From the human T2T-CHM13v2.0 reference genome, Homo sapiens: DNA of 64,000 nucleotides. The stretch lies in NCBI RefSeq assembly GCF_009914755.1, contig NC_060935.1. One strand, given 5' to 3'. Within the stretch, counting starts at the first letter, position 1. The number at the start of each line of letters is the position of its first letter. The notes beneath the pieces are model-generated. The model was not told the origin of the DNA. It did not search any database and saw only the letters and a program-made list of their open reading frames with translations. Positions 1 to 17,925 of the stretch are shown in pieces. Position numbers and translations under genes: made by a program.

Positions 1-456
1 AGCGGAATGTTGCCTCCTAAGAATCTAAATTGTTATAGTGCATCCATTACAGCTTCCTAAGTCCTTCAGAGCTATCTCAATTCTTAGTCATTTCCAAGTA
101 TGTTTCTCTAGCCTTCTCAATCTTGTGAATTCCCGTTATTTTTCCAATAAATTTCCTTTTGCTTAAGTTAGATCGAGTTGGTTTCTGATGCCTATAATTA
201 AAGAATGGTTTATTTTCCAATCTCCTAGCATTGAGAGGCATTTTACAAAAGTGTGGTACCAACAAAAGCTCAACATCACCCAACTAGCTGCATTTACACT
301 GACTGCTTCCTCTTATTTTCCAAACCTTAATTTCCAAGAGGGAAAAAAAACCTATGGTTAAAGGCCGGGCGCGGTGGCTCACGCCTGTAATCCCAACACT
401 TTGGGAGGCCGAGGTGGGCAGACCATGAGGTCAGGAGATGGAGACCATCCTGGCTA

Positions 457-765
<309 letters not shown>

Positions 766-2054
766 TTATATCTCTAATTTAGGCTGGGGATGGTGGCTCA
801 CACCTGTAATCTCAACCCTCTGCAAGGCTGAGGCAGGAGAACTGCTTGAGGCCAGGAGTTCAAGACCAGCCAGTGTGACAAACTGAGACTCTGTCTCCCC
901 GACCCCACCCAAAAAGAAAACAAAACAAAACACACACCAAAAAAAAAAACAAAACAAACAAACAAAAAAAACCTTTGAGTTTTTAGGAAATATTTTTTTC
1001 AATCATGATAAACCGATTGTTAGCAGGAAGAATGACTTATTTACAGGATTCAGAATGCTATAATTCCTAACTATAAATAGTAAACTATTAATCCTCATTA
1101 GACCTTAGCTGACCTGGCACAAAATTTTGTTGCCAACAGTACGGAGCTTCCATGTTTCCCTCAATAATCAACTACTTCTCATTTCTTCACCTTCTTAGAG
1201 TTTCGAAAAAGTCTTCAAGAGGTGTTCCCAGGGTTTAGAAGCAACGAGAGAGGCCATCTTTCTCAATCATAACCCCAAAGTTAATATAAAGTTTCAAATA
1301 ATGCTAAGCAGACAAAAACAGTATATTCTTAAGCCTTCCAAAGAAGTCTAGGTTCCTATAAAGCTATACCTTTAGAATGGCAATTATTCTACTGGCCACA
1401 GCATCCAGACCTAGAACTGGTCACAGATGGCTCTAGAAATACGTTGTGGGAGCAATCTGTAGTATATCTGGTTCCAGCCTGTCAATGTAAAAGCTCTTTT
1501 GAGAGCATATAATTTTAAGTGCCTAATTCTCTAACAGTCTTTTTTTTTTTTTTTTTTTTGTGAGACAGGGTCTTGCTCTGTTGCCCAGGATGGAGTGCAG
1601 TGACACAATCCTGGCTCACTTACAGCCTCAACCTCCTGAACATCTAAGACTACATGTCCCCCATGCCCAGCTAATTTTTGTACAGTCAGGGTTTTGTCAT
1701 GTTGTTTAGGCTGGTTTTGAACCCCTGGACTCAAGCAATCCACCCACCTTGGCTTCCCAAAGTGCTGGGATTATAGGCATGAGCCACTGCACCCAGCCAA
1801 TTCTCCAAATCTCACAGCCAAACTGCAACTAAATTCCATCTCAAACAAATATTCAAATGCAGAAGACTCACCCATCTAATCAAGGCAGTTTTAATATTTA
1901 GGGGAAAAAAAATGCCTGGATAAAACTGTAAAACCAAGCATGATAGAAGAGATACTTTTAGGAATGGGGGAGGGATGACAAAAATAAAACGAGAAGGTAG
2001 ATAAGAATGGAAAGAATACTAGAAGACAGCCTGCCATGAGGTTATATTTTACCA

Positions 2055-2470
<416 letters not shown>

Positions 2471-3690
2471 TTTTTACTAGGGGATCTGTAAATTTTGTTT
2501 CGGTTCTAAAATCCTAATATTTGTGACTTGTAACTCTGATTGATTCTAAGAAACACATAATCTTGTGCTTTCCATGGATCCCCAGGACAAAACAATAGGA
2601 AAGAAAAAGGCAATAAAAAAAAAGAAAAAGGCAATACAAGTGGTGACCTTGAGTATCTAAAACAATATACTCATACAATACCTTGCTATTTCAAAATACT
2701 TTGGTTGTACACTACATTTGATCTTAACAATAAAAATCCTGTGAGGGAGAGTACTTATTTCTACTTTACAGAAAAAGCTGGATGTCAGATTGGTTAAGTG
2801 GCTGAAGAGTTAATTGCCTATATGCTATAACAACACTCAGAGTACAAGTAACAAAGTTAATTTTAAATTTTAATACAAGGTAAGAAATAGGAGTCAGCAA
2901 ATATCCACTAAGAATGAGGACTGGGCTAAGTGCAGTGGTTCACATCTATAATTCTAGCACATTGGGAAGCCAAGGCAGGAGGACTGCTTGAGCCCAGGAG
3001 GTCAAGACCAGCCTGGTCAACATGGCAAAACCTTGACTCTACCAAAAACAAAAACAAAAACAAAAACAAAAAACAACCAGGTGTGCTGGTACTACACTAT
3101 CATCCTTACTCAGGAGGCTGGGGCAGGAGTATCACGTGAGCCCAGGAGTTTGAGGCTGCAGTGAGCTAAGATTCTGACACTGCATCCAGCCCAGGCAACT
3201 TAGCAAGACTCAGTCTCTTTAAAACAAATTTAAAACAATTACGTCTCCTAAATTAACTAATTTCCTTTTTTGAAACTATTATATAAAATAACCCATAACA
3301 TTTTTGAGCATTTATCACGTACTAGGCATTGTACTAAGCATGTGAATTATCTCACTTAATCTTTACAACAACCCTATGGTATTATACTATTACCTCAATT
3401 ATATAGGTCAGGAGTCTAAGACTTATAGATCCCAAATAACCAATTTATGAAGGAGTAGAGCTGGGATTTAATCTGGGCAGTTCCCTACACCAAGTTCACC
3501 TGCAGACATGAGTTACCTAAGTTTCATCAAAGCACGCTAAATAAGCACAGGCACTATGCTAAGTACTAGAGATAAAAGTTGAATGATGCAGTTCCTACTG
3601 TAAAGGAACTCTCATAAGACCTCAGTGGGCCAGGTGTGTTGGCTCACGTCTGTAATCCCAACACTTTGGGAGACTGAAGCAGGCAGATCA

Positions 3691-3957
<267 letters not shown>

Positions 3958-4762
3958 TTAACATGAACTACATCATAGTAGATTCCTAGGTATTTCTAAT
4001 ACCTACACCCAAATTACCCCTCTGATGATGCATATCCTTGTTTTGATACTTTATCCAGCCAAAAGCACACTCTCAACTCTGGGCAATCATTACCCAGCGT
4101 TCTCTGCTTGGAACACAGCTCAATTCTTCCAGGTTGTCCCATCTTCCTCTAATGACTACATACATACGCAATTCCAACTAGAAAGGTACTCATCATATTA
4201 CAGTGAATTACCTGTACAATTAGCTGTCCTTTCCAGACTGTAAGACAGCAACCATATATCTGTCTTATTCATTATAGAATTCCCAAGGTCAAACACTTTC
4301 TAGGTCACTCCACACATGTTGGCTCAATGAAAAAGTACTCAGTGATGTCACAGGGTTTGTCCTTAGCACAGCCTGAATTCAATCATTTCATCAATTTAAG
4401 TATGTCTGTTGTCATCATTTATCAAACTGGCCTATGTATAATGCATGTTTATATGTACGTGTATATTTATGTGTATGTGTGTGTGGATATGTATATACAT
4501 GCATTTATTTCCTTGCTCTTTCCACTGAAAGGACCAAGTAGCAAACAGGGTACCTAATGCCTGGGTCTTGGTCCCTAATACTACTCCACACTAAAAAGAA
4601 TCAAGGATCCTTGGATGCCAATGCTGGGCCAGGATAGGTATAAGATAAGCCTGCATCATGATATGTCAAAAAGCAAGAAAGGGGCCGGGTACGATGGCTC
4701 ACATCTATAATCCCAGCACTTTGGGAAGCCAAAGTGGGCGATCATTTGAGGTCAGGAGTTCA

Positions 4763-5056
<294 letters not shown>

Positions 5057-5303
5057 TTACATTGGCCAGATCTAGGCTATTTTTAGAATAATAATAAAAA
5101 AAAAATTGAAAAAAATTGAAAAAAATGGTGAGTATAAGTCCATACTGATAACAGATATATATGGATGAGGGGAAGGGAAGTTTCTTCTTTATAGGGGCAA
5201 ATACAGAGGGAGTGCTAGAATTGGAAAGTCATCATAACCCATCAGAGCAGAGATGAGATCAAGCAAGAATCACCAATGGGTGCTAAAACTAGGGGGGAAA
5301 TTT

Positions 5304-5668
5304 TGTTATTTTTTTAAAAAAGTATCATGCCATGAATTGCAAATCACAAGATACGAAGTTAAATCCCACCTCTACCACTCATGAGCTACAAGTATCTTTG
5401 GCTAAGTCAAGTTTCTCAAGCTCAGCACTACTGACATTTTGGGCCACAAAATTCTTTGTTGTAAGGGGCTGTCCTTTAGCATCCCCCCATTGATGATAAT
5501 AAAAAATGTTTCTACAAATTGCTAAATGTCCCCTGGGGGACAAAAATCCTCCCTGGTTGAAAACAATACGCTAAGAGAACTGCTCTGAACTTTTGTTTTC
5601 TCATCCACAAAACGGGGATAATACCTAGCCTGAACATCTATCTTACTGGGTTGGAGGAGGAGGGTGGC
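5304..5668 (+). repeat. Copy A of a ~365-bp direct duplication (MIR fragment with nested MER20)
   Basis: Aligns by eye at roughly 90% to 7726-8088. Confidence 0.93.
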
Positions 5669-6700
5669 CATAGTATTATTGTATTTGTATGGTCTTAAAA
5701 TGCACCCCAGATTGCTTATTCGTCTCAAGGGAGAGGGGAAAGAGCAGTAATTATAGAAGGGAAAAACCACACAACATCTTGACAGGGTAATCAAAATTAA
5801 CATCACCAAAGAGGAATAAATGGACACTAGGCACACCTTCAAACATGATACCCTGAGAAGGCCATAATGTGATTTCTGCATTATTCGGGCTGAGAAAGCC
5901 TACCTTGAATCTAATTACTTGGGAATATCACAAAATCCCAAAACGGGAAATGTACTATTAATAAAAAAAGGGGGCCAGGCATGGTGGCTAATGTCTGTAA
6001 TCCTAGCACTATGGCGAACCCAGGAGTTTTAATCAGCCTGGATAACATAGCAAAATCCTATCCCTACAAAAAAATAGAAAAATTAGCCGGGTGTTGTGGC
6101 ACATGCCTGTAGTCCCAGCTACTAGGAGGCTGACGCAGGAGGATCACTTGAGCCCATGAGGTCAAGGCTGCAGTGAGCCGAGATCAGGCCACTGAACTCC
6201 AGCCTGGGTGACAGGGCAAGACCCAGTTGCCAAAAAAAAAAAAAAAAAAGAGGGATGGGGGAAGGGGTTGTAGGCTGTATTTTTAATATGCTGATGTCAT
6301 AAAAAGAAGAACAAACACTAGGGAAACGCTAATGACTAAAAAAGACATAATTACAAATAATACCTGACCCTAGACTGGATCCTGTATAGAAGAAAAAAAC
6401 TGCTATAAAGGACATGTTTGGGTCCATTAATAATTAGAATGACAGATGAGATAGAAGTATTTTATCAATGTTAACTGAAGGTAACTGTACTGTGGTTACG
6501 TAAGAGAATATCCTAAAGAAATACACACCGAAATATTTAGAGTTGTAAAAGCCATGATTTTCTAATTTACCCTTAAAAATTTCAGAAAAAGTGTGTATAC
6601 GTGAGAGAGAAATGTTAGTTCACTGTATCACTTCTGCAGAGCAAAAAGAAAACTGTTTAATGGTTGACACATAACCTTACATATGTGATAAAAAGGGTTA

Positions 6701-6811
<111 letters not shown>

Positions 6812-6904
6812 CTAGTCAAACAAAAAGGAACAATAAAAGAATAAATAACACTGTTGGTAAATTTGGTGTCCTTTGGTAAATTTATCTGTGTTTAAGAAAA
6901 TTTA

Positions 6905-6997
<93 letters not shown>

Positions 6998-7315
6998 CTA
7001 GCCAACATGGTGAAACTCCAACTCCACGAAAAATACAAAAAATTAGCCAGGGTGGTGGTGCACGCCTGTAGTCGCAGCTACTTGGGAGGCTGAGGCAGGA
7101 GAATCGCTTGAACCCAGGAGACGGAGGTTGCAGTGAGGTGAGATCGCACTCACTGCACAGCCTGGGGGGACAGAGCCAGACTCTATCTCAAAAAAAAAAA
7201 AAAAAAAAAAAAAAAAGGAAAGAAAACTTCTCTGACTTTAGTACTTTACCTGCCCAATCTTAAATATAAATATATGCAGATTACTTGTTTTAATCTGTAT
7301 TTCAACTTTTCCTGA

Positions 7316-7516
<201 letters not shown>

Positions 7517-7725
7517 TGAGCAGCTGGATTACAGGCGCACGCCACCACACCCGACTAATTTTTGTATTTTTAGTAGAGACAGGGTTTCAACATGTTGGCC
7601 AGGCTGGTCTTGAACTCCTGACCTCAGGTGATCCGCCTGCCTCGGCCTCCCAAAGTGCTGGGAATACAGGCAAGAGCCACTGTGCCCGGCCCTTGGTCAC
7701 AGTCTCCTAAGGACTGGTGGAATAG

Positions 7726-8088
7726 TGTTATTTTTTTACACAAATATCATGCCATGAATTGCAAATCACAAGATATGAAGTTAAATCCCACCTCTACCAC
7801 TCATGAGCTACAAATATCTTTGGCTAAGTCAAATTTCTCAAGCTCAGCACTACTGACACTTTGGGCCACAAAATTCTTTGTTGTAAAGGGCTGTCCTTTA
7901 GCTTCCCCCCTATTGATGATAAGCAAAAATGTTTCTACAAATTGCTAAATGCCCCCGGGAGACAAAAATTCTCCCGGTTGAAAACAATAGGCTAAGAGAA
8001 CTAACTGCTGAGCATTTGTTTTCTCATCCACAAAATGGGAATATATAGCCTGAATATCTATCTTACTGGGTTGGAGGAGGAGGGTGGC
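7726..8088 (+). repeat. Copy B of the ~365-bp direct duplication
   Basis: Same sequence as 5304-5668, offset ~2.42 kb. Confidence 0.93.
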
Positions 8089-8183
8089 AGTGGTGTTATG
8101 GTCCTGAAACCAATTCCCTCCAGATACCGAGGGACAGCTATACCTCACTTCTAGTTCCCCACCATTATTCTACTTGTATTTTA

Positions 8184-8294
<111 letters not shown>

Positions 8295-8707
8295 TCATAG
8301 CATCCTAACAAAGATGATTCATCTCAATTATAATTAAGTGTTAAAAAAGCACAGTAAGTTTAATATATTCCATTTAATATATCTAACAAGATAATTAAAC
8401 AACTTTAGAAAAAGTGTTCTTATAGAGAATCTCAGGAGGATAAAAAAATCAAGAACAGAAGGGATTAAGGCATCCATCCTCTTAAGCAATATTGTATACA
8501 GTGTAACTGTTGTCAAAAGGTGTTTTGTTTGACCTACACAGCATGTGTTTTAATTTAAATGAGTTTAAATTAGTTCTCAACATTTAAAAACTGTAAGATT
8601 TTATATATCTTATATAACTCCTGGGCTCAAGAAATCCACCTGCCTCGGCCTCCCAAAGTGATAGGATTATAGGTGTGAGCCACCATGGCCGGCTATTCTC
8701 ATTTTTA

Positions 8708-9178
<471 letters not shown>

Positions 9179-9926
9179 TCAAGAGGCTGAGGCAGGAGAA
9201 TTGCTTGAACCCGGGAGCCAAGATCCTGCGACAGAGCAAGACTCCGTCCCAAATAAATAAATAAAACAAAATAGGTTAACAGTTACATCAAACAATTGAT
9301 ATAATGCACTCAGCACAGTGCCTGGCAAAATAATAGCACAGTATTAGCCAATGAGCATCTCTTAATCTTTCTTTTTTATTGGAAATGCTAGAAATCATGA
9401 AAGAGAATAAAAACAAGGAGAATATAAATAAACTCTCTTTTTGGCCAGGTAAAAACCTCAAGTAATAAATACTCAAAGCATCTTTAAAAAAAAAAAAAAG
9501 ATCAGGGAACATCTGCAGACAAAGTATTTAACTGTGACATCTTCGAAAAAGTTTTCACTGCAGCTGTTCTTACATAACCAGAGTCCCCAAAACATCTCAA
9601 ATGCTCCATTCACAGACAAAAAGACCACTTATTTTACTTAAAACTAGGTCCTACATAATGCATACTCTAACATTGGTAACTTTTTGCTACCAATTCCAAG
9701 ACTACTACTGTACTAAAGCCTTTTTTTTTTTTTCTGAGATGGAGTCTTGCTATGTCACCCAGGCTAGAGTGCAGTGGCATGATCTCGGCTTACTGCAACC
9801 TCCACCTCCCGGGGTTCAAGCAATTCTCCTGCCTCAGCCTCCAGAGCAGCTGGGATTACAGGAGCTTGCCACTACACCTGGCTAGTTTTTGTATTTTTAG
9901 TAGAGACGGGGATTCAGCTGGTCTCA

Positions 9927-10019
<93 letters not shown>

Positions 10020-11025
10020 CTAAGCCTGTATCATCGAAGTTTCTGATGTCAGTTTGACATACCGTTGAATTCAACAAAATAGTGAATAATAATGCGTAAG
10101 ATACAATGCAAAACCTGACCACAAGAAATTTATAATCTTATGAGATGAAAAAACTATTTAAAATGAGAAAGTAAGTGACGGAGGTTAAGTATTAGAAGTG
10201 TTCTGAGACACTTGATGGGATCTAGAGGACTTCATGGAAGAGAGGGCAGAGAAAATGAGATTTGAAGAACCGCAGAACTGAAAAGAAACCATTAATCGTA
10301 GGAAAACCAGAAAAGAAAAATCAAAATCCACTGTTGTCCCCAAATCAGAATTTATTTTTTATTTCTTTGAGATGGGGTCTTACCCTGTCACCCAGGCTTG
10401 AGTGCAGTGGTGCGATCATAGCTCACTGCAGCCTTTATTATTTGTAGAGACAGGGTCTTGCTATGTTGCCCAGGTTAGTCTCAAACTCCTGGCCTCAAGT
10501 GATCTTCCCACCTCAGCCTCCCAAAGTGATGGGATGAACGGCATGAGCCATCATATCCAGCCCCAGAATTTTTTAAATAGAAAATATTCTCATAGGCCAG
10601 GTGCAGTGGCTCACGCCTGTAATCCCAGCACTCTGGGAGGCCGAGGCAGGCAGATCACCTGAGGTCAGGAATTCAAGCCTAGCCTGCAAACATGATGAAA
10701 TCTCATCTCTACTAAAAATACAAAAATTAGCCAGACGTGATGGTGGACACCTGTAATCCCAGCTACTTGGGAGGCAGAGGCAGGAGAATGGCTTGAACTG
10801 AACCCAGGAGGTGCAGGTTGCAGTGAGTCGAGATCACACCATTGCACTCTAGCCTGGGCAACAGAGTGAGTGAGAGTCCATCTCAAAAAAAAAAAAAATT
10901 AAAAATAGGCTGGGCGCAGTGGCTCACATGTGTAATCCCAGCACTGTGAGAGGTCGAGGTGGGCAGATCACTTGAGCTCAGGAGTTCCAGACCAGCCTGG
11001 GCAACATGACAAAACGCCGTCGCTA

Positions 11026-11178
<153 letters not shown>

Positions 11179-12792
11179 TTATAAAAAAAATTAAAAATAG
11201 TCTAAATTTTGCTAACCTACTTACATTCTGCCAAGACAAACTACAACTGAAGTAGTATTCATTTCTATACCAATTAAAGCATTCACCTTAAAAATAACAG
11301 AATATACACTAATACCAATTCTCCCAATGACCTAACCAATTCTGCTGAAAATTAGTTCTTAGAGGTCCTAGTGAACCACATACGGTAACTATATGACAGT
11401 CTGGTAGCTTGTATAAGCTATTTTTCTGTAGGAAGTGAAAAGATCTAGGTTGTAATAAAACATATACCTCAGTTCAGTAACCCAGTGTCAACATCTTATA
11501 AAGATTCCCAGGGTTAAATTATTTTATATGGCAAGTTTTTTTTTTTTTTTGAGATGGAGTATTTCTCTGTTGCCCAGGCTGGAGTGCAGTGACACGATCT
11601 TGGCTCTCTGCAACCTCCACCTCTCGGGTTCAAGTGATTCTCCCGCCTCAGCCTCCTGAGTAGCTGGGATTACAGGCGCATGCCATCACACCCAGCTGAT
11701 TTTTGTATTTTTAGTAAAGACAGGGTTTCACCATGTTGGTCAGGCTGGCCTCAAACTTTTGACCTCGTGATCTACCTGCCTCAGCCTCCCAAAGTGCTGG
11801 GATTAAAGGCGTGAGCTACCGCACCTGGCCTTTTTTTTTTTTGAGATGGAGTTTCGCTCTTGTTGCCCAAGCTGGAGTGCAATGGTGCAATCTCGGCTCA
11901 CTGCAACTCCGCCTCCCGGGTTTAAGTGATTCTCCTGCCTCAGCCTCCCAAGTAGCATTATGGGCATGTGCCACCACGCCCAGCTAATTTTGTACTTTTA
12001 GTAGAGACGGGGTTTATTTTTAGTAGAGACAAGGTTTCTCCATGTTTGTCAGGCTGGTCTCGAACTCCCGACCTCAGGTGATCCGCCCACCTTGGCCTCC
12101 CAATGTGCTTGGACTACAGGCGTGTGCCACTGCACCCGGACCTATATGGCAAGTTCTTAACAAAAGCCAAACATCAACTGGAGTCAAGAATCTTAAATGT
12201 TAATTTCCTATAACTGAATCTTTAAAGTGATGGTTACCATTCAAATATTGTAATTTAAACTATGCACTTAAAAGTAACAAATAGCCTACATACTTTCAGC
12301 TTTAAAAGAAAAAATATCCTCTAGTAAGAGGAGGCTCTTCAATTTTAAGGTTAACAAAAGGTTTCTGAGACTGTTCAGAACTGTGTTCTGTGAGTTCAAA
12401 ATTCTTAGTTCCCTTTTTATATGTAAAAGGAGGAAAAAAATTAAAAATTTTTTTTTTGGGTAGAGACAGAGTCTCATTATGTTGCCTAGGCTGGTCTCAA
12501 ACTCCTGGACTCAAGTGATCCTCCCACATTGGCCTCCCCAAAGTACAGGGATTACAGGCATGAGTCACCTCAACCAGCCAACTTTTTTTTTTTTTTAAAG
12601 TAAAAAAGCTAAGTTCCATAAGCTAAAAAAAGTTACGAGAAAATTTTCTGAGTGAATAATGCTTGGAGTTCAGAAGGCTGGGCAAGTCTTTAAAGACTCT
12701 AAAGACTCAGACTGAGTCTTTAAATTTAATACATAAAGTTGGCTTTATCTGCTGTTTAACTAGGGTAAGGTGCAGTCGTAAAAAAACTATAC

Positions 12793-12974
12793 TGACAAAA
12801 ACGAGATGACTAATAATTTTATTCATTTACAACAAACTAAGCTAATAACTTTTACACTAATTATGAAAGCCAGAAATGTTTCCAAAAACCATTTATACAA
12901 AATTTGTGTGTATCATCTGACCTCAGGATGACTACTTGCTGAACAAATTATGGCAGAAATATATTATTCTATTG
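12793..12974. repeat. Intron-2 segment duplicated in intron 1 (12793-12850 direct, 12890-12974 inverted)
   Basis: Manual alignment to 14890-14949 and to the reverse complement of 14788-14872. Confidence 0.88.
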
Positions 12975-13124
12975 CAAATACCTACTGGCCATAAAACAAA
13001 GTCATCTGTCCTCTATTTGGAATCAAAATGGTTAAATTAAGGCATAAGTATTAATAGTCAACACCAAAGTAACACAAATCTTGGTTCCCCACAAGTGTTT
13101 ATTAATAATTTACTCTAACACTTA

Positions 13125-13592
<468 letters not shown>

Positions 13593-14787
13593 CTGAAACA
13601 AACAAACAAAATTAAATTAGCAAACACAACAGAAAAACTTTGTTTCCCTTTTAAAAGAACCCCTTTAAAAGAATTCTCATCTTTTATATTAAAGAATTAA
13701 TAATACAGCTACACTTAGACCAAATCACGAGCCAAGCTAGGATAGACACAACTTTGAACTATCTCAAAAACACAATGAGGCCAATATCAAACATTTAAAA
13801 TTGTTAATTCAAAGCAATCCAGAGATTAAGTAGAAAGAGACTAGTAAATTAGCACTACTCGTCAATGATAATCTCTTCTCTTCAGTTTCCTCCCCATGAA
13901 TTCTCTAAGTCTCTGACATCTCTAAAAGTCAGTGATTCATTATACTTAATTGCATTACAACTCACTGAAGTATCACACAATTTAAACAAGACAATTCATT
14001 AATTTTCTTCTACTTGTAATAGCAACCGAGAGTCCTTATAGATTTAAGTGAGCTTTTGACTTGAACTTCACACTTCCAGAAAAAAACACCTTTGTGCCCT
14101 TACAAATTTCAACTATTAAACTTTATGGGCTGGGTGCTGGTGGCTCAGGCCTGTAATCGCAGCACTTTGAGAGGCCAATGCGGGCGATCTCTTGAGGTCA
14201 GGAGTTAGAGACCAGCCTGGACAACATAGCGAAACCCCATCTCTACTAAAAATACAAAATTTAGGCCGGGTGCAGTGGCTCATGCCTGTAATCCCAGCAC
14301 TTTAGGAGGCCGAGGAAGGTGGATCATGAGGTCAGGAGTTCAGGATCAGCCTGGCCAAGATGGTGAAACCCTGTCTCTACTAAAAATACAAAAATTAGCC
14401 AGGCGTGGTGGCGAGCGCCTGTAATTCCAGCTACTTGGGAGGCTGAGGCAGAGAACTGCTTGAACCCAGGAGGCGGAGGTTGCAGTGAGCCAAGATTGTG
14501 CCACTGCACTCCAGCCTCAGCGACAGAGCCAGACTCCGTCTCAAAAACAAAAACAAACGAAAAAAAAAAACAAAAAACAAAATTTAGCCGGGCATGGTGG
14601 TGCACACCTGTAATGGAGTCCCAGCTACTTGGGAGGCTGAAGCACGAGAATCGCTTGAACCTGGCAGACGGAGGCTGCAGTGAGCCAGGTGACAGAGACC
14701 TTGTCTCAAAAAACAACAAAAAACTTTAAGAAGAAAAATGTATTTTCTTTTTTCCTTTTTGTCCTTTAAAACAATAAATGAAGCAGT

Positions 14788-14949
14788 CAAGAGAATAGTG
14801 TATTTCTGCCATAATGCATCCAGCAAGTAATGATCCCAAGGACGGATGATATACACAAATTTTGTATAAATGAATTTTTATTTTGAAATTGACAAAACCA
14901 AGATGACTCTAATAATTTTATTCATTTATAACAAACTTAGCTAATAACT
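14788..14949. repeat. Composite copy of the intron-2 segment (inverted 14788-14872, direct 14890-14949)
   Basis: Inverted arm 71/85 ungapped matches. Direct arm has 4 mismatches and one 2-nt indel. Confidence 0.88.
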
Positions 14950-15256
14950 ATTCTAATTTTAAATTTAAAAAAACAGGAAAATTCCTGTTTAAAAAAAAAT
15001 CCGCGGAAGACTAAACACACTAGTAATTTTAAGAAAACTTTCCAAGAAATCCAGAGTAGTAAAGCTAATTAATAGTTTAAAAAAAAAAAAAAGAACTGGT
15101 AGGAGGGGCACGGTAGCTCACGCCTGTAATCCCAACACTTTGGGAGGCCAAGACTGGTGGATCACCTGAGGTCAGGAGTTCAAGACCACCTGACCAACAC
15201 GGTGAAACTCCGTTCCACTAAAATACAAAAATTAACTGGGCGTGGTGGCCCTGTAA

Positions 15257-15688
<432 letters not shown>

Positions 15689-16081
15689 TGAACAACTGAG
15701 CTCAGGTGATCCGCCCGCCTCGGCCTCCCAAAGTGCTGGGATTACAGACGTAAGCCACCACGCCCGGCCTATTATTTTTGAGACAGAGTCTCACTCTGTT
15801 GCCCAGAGTGGAGTGCAGTAGCCCGATCTCAGCTCACTGCAACCTCCACCACGCAGGTTCAAGCGATCCTCATGCCTTAGCCTCCCAAGTAGCTTGGTGG
15901 GATTACAGGTCTGGCTAATTTCTGTATTTTTCAGTAGACACGGGGTGTTATCAAGTTGGCCAGGCTGGTCTTGGACTCCTAACCTCAAATGATCTGCCCG
16001 CCTTAGCCTCCTAAAGTGCTAGGATTACAGGCGAGAGCCACCGTGCCCGGCTGAAATCTTACTTTTAATTGTAGTTAATAA

Positions 16082-16521
<440 letters not shown>

Positions 16522-17925
16522 TGAAACTCAAAATTTTAAAGTCAACAGATCTCAACATTTATGAAGAAAATGCTCCTTGATTATGCCTTCCTTAAAAAAA
16601 AAATGAACAAGTTGCTCACAAGCAAATCCTGATTATCACATACACAAAGCTGTTTACTTCAGACTCTGACCTCTTAAGCAGATATGGTTAACAGCTACTT
16701 TCCTGTATTGACGGTTTTATATTATGATCAGCGATATCACGCAGTTCACAGAGACTTAGCTGTTTGCAGAGCACTAAGAGGATGAAAAGGGCAACCTCTA
16801 AAGACCGAACGATATCATCATTACTGTCCATCATGCACAGTAAGACCTCCTATATCCTTAAATCCAAAATGAGACTATGTGATAACTGCTCCCTTCTTAA
16901 ACTGAAACCTGCACTGCAGCTTTTTCTCAGAGAAGGAAATATTCCTCCTACCCCTTCCCAATTTAGATTTGCAAGTTTTCTACATTTTCAAAAACAAAAA
17001 ACAAAAAAACAAAAAACAAACAACAAGAAACGTAGACTAGTTGGGAGGAGCCCCTAGCGGAGTTAATTACAGCACTTCACAGATCGTAGTTAGCAATTGA
17101 CAGTTTCACACCCAAAACAGTATCGTCATCGCCAACAAGAGCTTTTGTTTGCAAATGCAGCGCAGTTTTTCTAGCTTTGCCTGCAAGTTGGAGTGACTGG
17201 GTTTTATTCTGAAGGGAAATGGGGGCTGAGGAAGAGAAAGGAGAGAGATACGGGAAAGAGTCATTGACTAATGACTGGAACCCCGTAACTGAAAGGAAAT
17301 TTCTTGTCCCCCCGCACCCCGCCCCACGCCCCAAACACACACACTTCTGACCATAAACACAAAAGGTTGGGGCTCTGCAATCTTATCTGCGCAATATGAG
17401 CCAGCAACCGCTCCATTAGTAGCAAACAATAGGGACTCCCCCAAGGAGGCCCCAAATGGACCCCCTAAACCAGAAATCCCCCTCCTTTCCTCCAAGAGTC
17501 GGGGGCTCCATAAATACCCTCTTGTTATTGACCCGCAAGGCCTACTGCAATCAAGCAGGGGCCGGTTTGCTTCTAAACCGAGCCCTCCAATACAGCATGT
17601 CCCTGCCGCCCCCTATAGGGCCGCCTCGTACCCTATAACCTCCACCATCATCCCCCTAAGTCCTTGCCGCCCCCTTCGGCCTCATATTCCCTCATCTTCG
17701 ATAAAGCTACTCCGAGTACTTAGCCTGTTCCTCCTGCCGACCCTGCTGCGCACCACATTCCTATATTCGCCTCCTCTCAGGCGCTCCCACCCCACACAGC
17801 TGCCGACCGCCTTCCTCCCCAGGCCCGGCCAGGCCTTAGGCCTCCGCCCGAGAGTCCCCCAGAGCCGGCCCGGGGGGCTCCCCACAGCCCCCAAAGCACC
17901 GCTGACCTCGACCCCACCACCTCAC

